Part shown: piece after piece, positions 48,181-55,607 of the stretch
How the letters are laid out: every line of letters starts with the position of its first letter
How positions within the stretch are numbered: position 1 is the stretch's first letter
Source of the DNA: Eubacteriales bacterium
Lineage (GTDB): Bacteria; Bacillota; Clostridia; Oscillospirales; CAG-272
DNA length: 64,000 bases
Direction of reading: 5' to 3'
Assembly: GCA_045632345.1 (NCBI GenBank)
Contig: JAZQWM010000052.1
Coordinates: 5,229-69,228, forward strand
Translations under genes and position numbers: made by a program
Notes under the pieces: model-generated
Seen by the model: only the letters and a program-made list of their open reading frames with translations
Told to the model about the DNA's origin: nothing
Database searches by the model: none

Positions 48181-49341
48181 TTATTTCTCTGCAAGCTTTA
48201 ATGCTTTTTCATAAAGAACTACAAATCTTTCGTCTGTGCGAACATCGTCAAACCAATGCCAATGTGTCATAGCCCTTCTTATGTCGCTTTTTATTCCAAA
48301 AAAAAGCCATAAATATGGATTCCAAGCCTTTGTTCCGTCCTGTAAATGAATGTACACAACATTTGAGCTATCGTTTTTATTTATCTTTGCATTTTCAAAC
48401 AGCTCAGGTTTTCCTACATCCATAAGCTTTCCATCGGGGATTTCAATCCATTTTTCATATAATTCAAATGATTTTTCAAGATATTCAAAGCCTTCGTTGA
48501 GTTCGTTTGCTCCAATCAATGCACCACCTGTTTTTAAACAGAGTTCTGCATAAGCACCGAGCCAAGCTTCAGGTATCGTTCCGTCAAGTGAAATAGTTTC
48601 AAGCACTCGCATTTTGAATTTTGAAAGCTCGGCAGTTCTCATAGGACTTTCAAAAACAATTCCAAATCTGTCTTTTTCTCTTACATCATGATAACGCATA
48701 CAATCTCTGCCCAAAAAATGCATTAAGCTAAGCAAATTATTTGCATTTGATTGATTTTGAAATTTTTCGTTTTCGCACCTTTGATAGTAACGTTCCTCTA
48801 ATTTTTCGTTTTCGCAATCAGCAAATATTCGTGGGCTTCTGTATTTCCAATTCTCAAATTCTTCATCTGGGCATACTATATTCATGTAATGAATCGCACT
48901 TTGCCTTATCCATTCGTTTGTACATTCTTCCATTATTTTTTCGCAAATATGCTTCAAAAGTGGATATTCCTTTTCCCAATAGTCCTTAATTTCTACTATT
49001 GAGCCACCTAAAATTTCCATAATCACAAAATTTTGTGGATATTTTTTGTGATACGCCTTAGCCAATGATAAGCGTTCTTTATAATTTACTTTTCCGTATT
49101 TTTCTAAAAAGCTTTCTATATCGTTTTTAACACTAACCTCGTCATTTCCGATAAGCTCATCAACAGTAATTCCCAAAAAGTTAGCAATAGACGGAAGCAA
49201 AGTTATATCGGGATAGCCACCTCTTTCCCAATTTGATACAGCTTGTGGTGAAACATATAAAGCCTTTGCTTATTCCTCTTGTGTTAAATCAAGACGCTTT
49301 CTTTCTCTTGAAATAACTTCTGAAATTTTCAATTCTACCAT
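48181..49341 (-). pseudogene. XRE-HTH + TPR-like regulator with an in-frame TAA in the HTH
   Basis: ATG at 49341 with GGAGG RBS gives MVELKISEVISRERKRLDLTQEE-TAA-AKALYVSPQAVSNWERGGYPDITLLPSIANFLG, in frame with the listed 48181..49200 ORF. The stop is at 49270-49272, where paralogues have Leu. Confidence 0.75.
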
Positions 49342-49478
49342 AATAAAATCCTCCTGTATGATTAGAGGGAGTGCACACCTTCTGTCATTATGATAACATT
49401 GTTTTGTGTGATAGTCAATAACTTTGCACTTGAGTTTCGCTCAAACAATGTTTGAATTTTACAAACAACAATTAAACA

Positions 49479-49504
49479 GCGAGTGCCGAAAAATCAGCAC
49501 TCGC
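49479..49504 (-). terminator. minus-strand terminator
   Basis: GCGAGTGC...GCACTCGC hairpin. A T-rich tract follows on the minus strand. Confidence 0.6.
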
Positions 49505-49512
49505 CATTTGTT

Positions 49513-50625
49513 TTATTCAAAATTAAAACATTGCTTGACTTTTGAAACCAAAGCCTTAAATCTTTCTGTTCCCCTTATAGGATTTAGCCATTCCCAACCC
49601 TCAGATTCAGTTAAAATCTCATATAATTGTTCAAATCGCCACGGGTCAGTATGATTAGGCGATAAAAAAATCAAATCAAGAGTTGGACAATTGAACTTCA
49701 ATTCCGTACCTGTAGGAATATTCCAATATTTAATGTATAAATCAATTGATTTTTCAAGAGCTTTAAAGCCTTCTTCTATTTCGCCTGACCCAACGAGTCC
49801 TCCTGCTAATCGCAAATATGCCCAAGCCCTTTCAGCAATCCAAGCATCTATTTCCTCGGACGGGTCTCTCAAAGCATCAATTATTTTTAAAATAATCTTC
49901 TGTCCTTCTGCACGAGATTTTGCATTTTTGTATGTTTTTGCATCTCTTTTACAAAAATCTCTACTAAAAATATCTATCAACCCATCTACTATATTCCATT
50001 GAATTTGCTCGTTATATTTTTCAATCTCATTACGATATTCATATCGTGAGGTAATAATGCTGGGTAAAGAAGTATAAAATCTATCACTTACATATTGTGT
50101 CCAATTTTCAAGTTTATCCTCATCCTCTACTCTAATCATTATTCTTATACAGCCTAAGCGATATTCTTTATCTTTAGAGTTATCGTTTTCAATAACAAAT
50201 AAAGAATATTTTCTTAACGCTTCAATATTTTTCTTGGCACAATCAAAGCCCCTCCTATGATATAGACTACATAATTTCCATTGAAAGTACACATCCTTTG
50301 GAAAGCTTTTAATTGCTTCCGTAAGAGTTTTTTCAAACTTTTTGAAATCTTCGTCACTATATATATTTTCCTGTTCTTTGATTGTTTTCAAATATTCCTG
50401 TCGCTTATATTCTATTGTTGTTTCGTCTGTGCCAAAAAGCACATCAGTAGTTACACCAAAATAATTACCAATCAACGGAATAAGCTCCACATCAGGATAT
50501 GCAAGGTCATTTTCCCATCTGCTAACCGATTGATAGGTTACATTCAAAACCTTTGCTAATTCCTCTTGCGTGATATTCTTTTCCTTTCGTAATCTCTTTA
50601 TTACTTGTGAAATAGGCAATCTCAT
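49513..50625 (-). CDS. XRE-HTH + TPR-like regulator (paralogue)
   Basis: 370 aa. HTH (ITQEELAKVLNVTYQSVSRWENDLAYPDVELIPLIG) and a helical-repeat C-terminus similar to the 48181 and 43866 proteins. Confidence 0.75.
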   Translation of the reverse strand: MRLPISQVIKRLRKEKNITQEELAKVLNVTYQSVSRWENDLAYPDVELIPLIGNYFGVTTDVLFGTDETTIEYKRQEYLKTIKEQENIYSDEDFKKFEKTLTEAIKSFPKDVYFQWKLCSLYHRRGFDCAKKNIEALRKYSLFVIENDNSKDKEYRLGCIRIMIRVEDEDKLENWTQYVSDRFYTSLPSIITSRYEYRNEIEKYNEQIQWNIVDGLIDIFSRDFCKRDAKTYKNAKSRAEGQKIILKIIDALRDPSEEIDAWIAERAWAYLRLAGGLVGSGEIEEGFKALEKSIDLYIKYWNIPTGTELKFNCPTLDLIFLSPNHTDPWRFEQLYEILTESEGWEWLNPIRGTERFKALVSKVKQCFNFE

Positions 50626-50766
50626 ATTCTCACCTCAATATTAAATTCAAAGTGCACCTTGTACCTTTATTGTAATGCAAAACTACTGATATTTCAATAA
50701 CTTATCACGCATAATCAACTAAATTGTTAAGTGAGTTTTTCGCAAATTGATAATACTGTGGTATTC

Positions 50767-50834
50767 GGTTCAATTTTCGCACATCCCGTTCAGCCAGAAA
50801 AAAGACCAACTCACTTGTGGGTTGGTCTTTTTTT
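50767..50834 (+). repeat. cassette-junction element, copy 2
   Basis: GGTTCAA (50767-73), N14, GTTCAGCCA (50788-96), hairpin AGACCAAC...GTTGGTCT (50803-28), then a T-run. No same-strand gene lies upstream. Confidence 0.7.
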
Positions 50835-50872
50835 GTTATATTCGCCTGCGGCGAGTTCTATGCACGACCTGC

Positions 50873-51008
50873 GTGATATTGCCTTCGGCAGTGATATGCG
50901 CTTCGCGCGTTGGAAGTTACAAGGGCGAATATAATATCACTGTGAGCAAATCGAACAATATCACTTTTTCGCAGAAAAAATATCACTCTGCTTTAGCAGA
51001 ATATCACT
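50873..51008. repeat. iteron-like heptamer cluster (6 copies of ATATCAC/GTGATAT)
   Basis: GTGATAT at 50873 and 50891. AATATCACT at 50933, 50957, 50979 and 51000 (core starts spaced 24, 22 and 21 nt). The last copy abuts the -35 box. Confidence 0.75.
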
Positions 51009-51014
51009 TATTTC

Positions 51015-51043
51015 TTTACAAGCGATTTAATTTATGATATACT
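51015..51043 (+). promoter_or_regulatory. sigma-A type promoter
   Basis: TTTACA, 17 nt, TATACT with TG extended -10. Confidence 0.55.
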
Positions 51044-51061
51044 TTTTACGAGGTGATAACA

Positions 51062-51424
51062 ATGTCAAACAGCATTTTAAGAGATAAATCCAAAGATTTT
51101 GCAAAGCAAATTGTTATTCTTTGCAGAAATATTAAAGCTAATCACAAAGAATCGGTTTTGACCAATCAACTCTTGCGTTCGGGAACATCCATCGGTGCAA
51201 ACATACACGAGGCACAATACGCACAAGGTAAAAAGGATTTTATATCTAAATTGGAAATCGCACAAAAGGAATGCAACGAAACGGAATATTGGCTTGAATT
51301 ACTGTTTGAAACAGGCTATATGACAGAGGCAGAATACAAGCCAATTCAAAGCGAGTGCGGTGCTATTCGCAGAATGTTAATTTCCTCTATAAATACCACT
51401 AAAGCAAATTTACAACAGGAGTGA
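51062..51424 (+). CDS. four-helix-bundle protein (23S rRNA intervening-sequence protein family)
   Basis: 120 aa from MSNSIL with GAGGTG RBS. Pattern LLRSGTSIGANIHEAQ...FISKLEIAQKECNETEYWLELL. Confidence 0.7.
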   Translation: MSNSILRDKSKDFAKQIVILCRNIKANHKESVLTNQLLRSGTSIGANIHEAQYAQGKKDFISKLEIAQKECNETEYWLELLFETGYMTEAEYKPIQSECGAIRRMLISSINTTKANLQQE

Positions 51425-51430
51425 AATGGT

Positions 51431-51928
51431 ATGGCTATTTGGTACAAAGTTGAACATTCAAAATTGGGAATAAAAAACTTTATGGAATGCAATTGGCATT
51501 TCCACGATTTTAGTATTGAACGAGTTAGCCTTTTATCTAATGAAAATACAGTGGAAATTTTTTTAAGGTATGATGAATTGGAAGGCAGTGTTATTATTCG
51601 TTTTGTTAATGTTCATTCTATGAATGTAAATTTTAAGGTGGAGTTCGGTTCTTCTGAGGGCATTATGGGTAGTGTTTTACTTTTGACCGACAACAGTCGC
51701 TTATTATGGATTGCCGACGACTCTTGGGGCAATCAAAGTGCCCAACATATTGACGAGCTTAAAAATGAATTTTCATGGGTAGAAGCAGAAAATATCATAT
51801 GGGCAGTAACGGACGAAACTGGCAAACCAGCTGAAATGCCAGCTTCTAAAATCGACCAAGTTTGGAACATCTATGGCAAAACAGAATATCACCATTTCGA
51901 TCTTATGCCATATAATGAAGTAGAATAA
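51431..51928 (+). CDS. hypothetical protein
   Basis: 165 aa, coupled 6 nt after the four-helix-bundle gene. No family recognised. Confidence 0.55.
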   Translation: MAIWYKVEHSKLGIKNFMECNWHFHDFSIERVSLLSNENTVEIFLRYDELEGSVIIRFVNVHSMNVNFKVEFGSSEGIMGSVLLLTDNSRLLWIADDSWGNQSAQHIDELKNEFSWVEAENIIWAVTDETGKPAEMPASKIDQVWNIYGKTEYHHFDLMPYNEVE

Positions 51929-52043
51929 TATTTTAAATATTGCGATAAGTAAGGTTAAAATCTCACAAAAATTCTGACTTAAAATCAAATCTTAACTGTT
52001 ATAAATTCTTATGCCGCAAGGCTTTAAGTCAATTTCACCTTGC

Positions 52044-52118
52044 GGTTCAACTGAGGCCTTAAATGTTCAGCCAAGAAAGACATAATCCGAACCGTCGGGT
52101 TAGGTCTTTCTCTTTTTT
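52044..52118 (+). repeat. cassette-junction element, copy 3
   Basis: GGTTCAA (52044-50), N14, GTTCAGCCA (52065-73), hairpin AGAAAGAC...GTCTTTCT (52074-52111), then a T-run. Confidence 0.7.
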
Positions 52119-52276
52119 GCTTGGATGTATGTTCTCACGACCCTTCCTCTTACTTCGAAAGAACATGGTTCGTAATCAAGCCCAAGTCATCTGGGAGGAC
52201 GCTCACAAGGTACTGAGTGCAGATCATTTTCCAACGGAAAATGTATCCGTTCTCTTTTTATAAAAACCAAATCTAC

Positions 52277-52305
52277 TTGAACTTTTATTAAAATTATGAT
52301 ACAAT
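52277..52305 (+). promoter_or_regulatory. sigma-A type promoter
   Basis: TTGAAC, 17 nt, TACAAT with TG extended -10. Confidence 0.6.
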
Positions 52306-52329
52306 CATATCAAGAAAGGTGGTGCACTT

Positions 52330-53169
52330 ATGGGATGTTGGGGAATGGGACTTACCCAAAGCGATGAATACTGCGAAATATACGAGCGATTTATGGAAGA
52401 ATACGATGAGGGTAAACCTCTTGGTGATATTAAAAACGATATTATAGAAGAATACTTAGAAGAATTTGATGAACACGACGGAATCTTTCACGATGTATAT
52501 TTTGCTATCGGTAAAGCGGAATGGATGTGCGGCGGAATATCCGACGAAATTTTGGAAAAAATAAAGCATATCATCTTGAATGGTGATAATATTGCTTTTT
52601 ACCGTGAACTTGAAGCCACAGAAAGCGATTTAAAATTGCGGCAAAAGAATCTTGAAAAATTTTTAAACTCACTTTCTATACCAAGAGGAAAGACAAAAAA
52701 ACGCAAAATACCAACTGAAAAATACATGCCTGTAATAAAACCTAAACTTCCGCCCTTCAAATGTGGCGACATATTTTCGTATGAAGTAAACGGAAAACAT
52801 CGTCTGTTATGCTTTGTATATAGAGGTAAATATTATTCCACATATGCCGCCTATTGCTATGCGTGGCAAAAACTATACGATACTATTCCGCCATTAGAGG
52901 ATTTAGCTAAAGAGTTAGTTATGCCTCTTGGATATTTTACCGTAGATACCTTCCCAAATTTTAATAAACTCACCTACCACGGAAATAATCTGAATTTAAA
53001 AAAACTATACGTTTTCTTTCCAAAAGTTTTTTGTGAGCATTGGAAACCTGCAAGATATGCTATGGCGTTGGAGAAACATTTATCTGAGCATTATCCAACA
53101 GAACATTGCATAAAACTTAGCGAGTGCTTTGAAAAAATAGAAGAAATTAAAAAAAGAATAATAGGCTGA
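52330..53169 (+). CDS. DUF4259-like N-terminal domain protein (polymorphic-toxin immunity-like)
   Basis: 279 aa with MGCWGMGLTQSDEY N-terminus. C-terminal GDIFSYEVNGKHRLLCFVY resembles Imm26-type cores. Assignment is from memory. Confidence 0.45.
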   Translation: MGCWGMGLTQSDEYCEIYERFMEEYDEGKPLGDIKNDIIEEYLEEFDEHDGIFHDVYFAIGKAEWMCGGISDEILEKIKHIILNGDNIAFYRELEATESDLKLRQKNLEKFLNSLSIPRGKTKKRKIPTEKYMPVIKPKLPPFKCGDIFSYEVNGKHRLLCFVYRGKYYSTYAAYCYAWQKLYDTIPPLEDLAKELVMPLGYFTVDTFPNFNKLTYHGNNLNLKKLYVFFPKVFCEHWKPARYAMALEKHLSEHYPTEHCIKLSECFEKIEEIKKRIIG

Positions 53170-53257
53170 CTTACGTAAGGACTCACTAAACGGGTACAAA
53201 TGTCATAAAAAAAGAATGCATTGACATAAAACTATAATCAATAGAAAGAAAAAAACA

Positions 53258-54031
53258 ATGAACAAAACCTACAACCGATATAAAAAAGAACTTTTAGCAA
53301 ATGGTTTTACAGAAGCCAAGAAAAAGGACGGACATTTTTACCGTCAAGCAGCAAGTCAAACCGCATTTGTAATAAATTTAGAAAATAATGAATTTTGTGT
53401 TGACATCTTATATGGCTTTGCTTCTACCGCCTGTATGTTGGGTGATGAAGATTATTTTTCAAATTATGGCTCTAATAAAGATGACTGCCACATAAGAAAA
53501 ATAATATCCGTGTCTAAAGAAAACGAAGAAGCAGCGAAACAAATAATCAAAGACCTTTATAACAAATATAAATCATTCACAAAGGACGAAATTCTTTCTC
53601 TAAAAAAGGAGTGCCAAAAGGAATTTTTAAATAATTTTGCTAAAGTCTTAAAGCCCCTTGGCTTTAAAAAGAAAGGGACTAAATGGTCAAGGGAATTGGA
53701 AAACGGATATTTTCTGTTTTTGGATGCTCAAAAATCAGCATTTTCTGATGAATACTACTTTAATGTAATAATAAAATTACTCAACGAAAGTAGCGTAGGA
53801 TGTTTTTATACAAGAGTAGTAATGGGTGAGCAAAATATCTATAATTGGCAGTTAATGTCCGATAAGCAAATTGAAACTCTCGTTAATTACACCTTGGATA
53901 ATTACATAACACCAATTTTAAATACACCCCTGCAAGACTTAGGAAAGAATAAATCCATTTGTAATAGTTGCTATTGCGAAAGAAACAAATGTGCAAATTG
54001 TTGGCTTGAACACAACCATTGGCAAAATTAA
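53258..54031 (+). CDS. DUF4304-like protein (immunity-like)
   Basis: 257 aa. LKPLGFKKKGTKWSRELENGYFLFLDAQKS...YYFNV matches the DUF4304 pattern as I remember it. Confidence 0.45.
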   Translation: MNKTYNRYKKELLANGFTEAKKKDGHFYRQAASQTAFVINLENNEFCVDILYGFASTACMLGDEDYFSNYGSNKDDCHIRKIISVSKENEEAAKQIIKDLYNKYKSFTKDEILSLKKECQKEFLNNFAKVLKPLGFKKKGTKWSRELENGYFLFLDAQKSAFSDEYYFNVIIKLLNESSVGCFYTRVVMGEQNIYNWQLMSDKQIETLVNYTLDNYITPILNTPLQDLGKNKSICNSCYCERNKCANCWLEHNHWQN

Positions 54032-54073
54032 AAAGCAAAATAATATTAAGCGCATTTATAAAGGAGAGCCGAT

Positions 54074-55165
54074 ATGTTTGAATTAACCAACGAACAAAGA
54101 AAGTGCTTCGCTTTACCGCCTGTGCTTGAGGCTTGGAAAAGAATAGAGGTGAAAAAGGGACCGTACGATACTTGTAATACCTATGCGTATATTGACGGAC
54201 AACAAATTATGAAGGTTATTCAAGTGTGTGATACGAAAGGTCAAGAGTTTTACCGTGAATATTCAGTCAATCAATTAATCTCAAATGACGGAACGAAGCT
54301 TCTTCCTAAAACTTCAAAAGGGAAACCGCAAAATTTTATTGCATCATATCTTGAAAAGAAAAAACCGATTGGAATGTCAATTGATTTTAAATCCAATTAT
54401 ATCGCCATAGTTAATAATGATAGTGAACAATGCTATTATCGTTCTGTATATTGCGGTGAAAGAATAGAAACACTTAGCGATTTTAAATTGTGGATAGCAA
54501 ATTGGTGTAAAACCACAGGAGAAAAGGAATTAAAAGAAATAATTGAATTTTCCAAGCGTACAAAAAGTCATCAAAAATTTAATGAAGGTGATTTTTTTAG
54601 ATACAGAATAGACCGTTCTCTTTATGGCTATGGCAGAATTCTTTTGGATTTTGAAAAAATGCGCAAGGAAGGCGTAAAGTTTTGGGATATATTTATGGGC
54701 AAGCCACTATGTGTTGCAGTATATCATATTGCTACCACAGATTCAAATTTAAAGCCCGAACAGCTTTTGGGAAAAAAGATGCTTCCATCACAAATGATAA
54801 TGGATAATATATTCTATTACGGTGAATGTGAAATTGTTGGAAATATTCCCATTGAAGAGAACGAAAAGGATTATCCGATACACTACGGAAGAAGTATATC
54901 ATTAATAGACCCAAATAGTATTAAATACCAATGCGGAAAAACCTATGCTTCAAAATTATTAAAAAAAGAATTAGGCGATTTTAAAAATAATGGCATAGGT
55001 TGGGACTTAAATGTGAAGTTACCTATTTTGTTAGAATGTATCAAGCAAAATTCTAACGATCCATATTGGCAAATGATTCATCCTTATTATTCAAATAAGG
55101 ATTTGCGAAATCCAAAATTCAAGAAAGAGCTCGAACAAATTAAAAAGCAAATGGGAGTAAAATAG
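54074..55165 (+). CDS. Imm26-like immunity-family protein
   Basis: 363 aa with GDFFRYRIDRSLYGYGRILLDF core. Assignment is from memory. Confidence 0.4.
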   Translation: MFELTNEQRKCFALPPVLEAWKRIEVKKGPYDTCNTYAYIDGQQIMKVIQVCDTKGQEFYREYSVNQLISNDGTKLLPKTSKGKPQNFIASYLEKKKPIGMSIDFKSNYIAIVNNDSEQCYYRSVYCGERIETLSDFKLWIANWCKTTGEKELKEIIEFSKRTKSHQKFNEGDFFRYRIDRSLYGYGRILLDFEKMRKEGVKFWDIFMGKPLCVAVYHIATTDSNLKPEQLLGKKMLPSQMIMDNIFYYGECEIVGNIPIEENEKDYPIHYGRSISLIDPNSIKYQCGKTYASKLLKKELGDFKNNGIGWDLNVKLPILLECIKQNSNDPYWQMIHPYYSNKDLRNPKFKKELEQIKKQMGVK

Positions 55166-55179
55166 AAAGGAAAACAATT

Positions 55180-55497
55180 ATGGAAAAATACGCATGGAAA
55201 GCAAAAATAGTTGACGGAGCATTAGAGGAATACATAAAACGCCACGATGCAATATGGGAAGAAATGAAGGAAGTCTTATCAAATGCAGGTATAGTAAACT
55301 ACACAATTTGGAATGTAGGCAACGAACTTTTTGGCTATTACGAATGTGAAAAGGGCATTGAATACGCCACCAAGGTACAAAGAGAAAGCCCCGTAGTTGA
55401 TAAATGGAACGAATATATGAAGGACATTCTTATAATGGAATTAGACCCTGAAACAGGCGCACAACCTCAACTCAAAAAGGTATTTTCATTCAAATAA
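55180..55497 (+). CDS. rhaM: L-rhamnose mutarotase family (DUF718) protein
   Basis: 105 aa with the YIKRHDAIWEEM...NYTIW...LFGYYE pattern. Confidence 0.7.
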   Translation: MEKYAWKAKIVDGALEEYIKRHDAIWEEMKEVLSNAGIVNYTIWNVGNELFGYYECEKGIEYATKVQRESPVVDKWNEYMKDILIMELDPETGAQPQLKKVFSFK

Positions 55498-55501
55498 AAA
55501 C

Positions 55502-55529
55502 AAAGACCTGACAAAGATGTCAGGTCTTT
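55502..55529 (+). terminator. terminator hairpin ending the same-strand gene array
   Basis: AAAGACCTGACA-AAGA-TGTCAGGTCTTT. Confidence 0.6.
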
Positions 55530-55607
55530 AAAATATTTATTTTTATGATTGATTTTAAATACAATTTATGTTAAAATTACAATATATATGCAAAAGGAAT
55601 GTGAAAA

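Larger units (their letters stand above)
40960..55535. mobile_element. tRNA-Gln-adjacent accessory region; decayed integrative element(s) plus cassette array
   Basis: Starts just after the tRNA and contains a disrupted serine recombinase. Gene content is defence, regulator and immunity-like, with two pseudogenes and visibly lower GC. Boundaries are approximate. Confidence 0.5.

Noticed and set aside
49270-49272. In-frame TAA codons (here and at 60474-76) taken as evidence for stop-codon reassignment.
   Set aside because: Dozens of well-supported genes in the window end normally at TAA (argG, GH43, tadA and others). Only these two otherwise decayed loci contain internal TAA, so they are pseudogenes or sequencing errors.
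50873-51008. Heptamer repeats considered as a CRISPR array.
   Set aside because: The repeats are only 7-9 nt with 12-16 nt between them, they occur in both orientations, and there are no cas genes. This is not CRISPR geometry.
50731-51037. 67-aa and 96-aa ORFs over junction element 2 and the heptamer repeats.
   Set aside because: They read through a terminator and the repeat cluster and have no RBS. The same applies to the 66-aa ORF at 52063..52263 over junction element 3.
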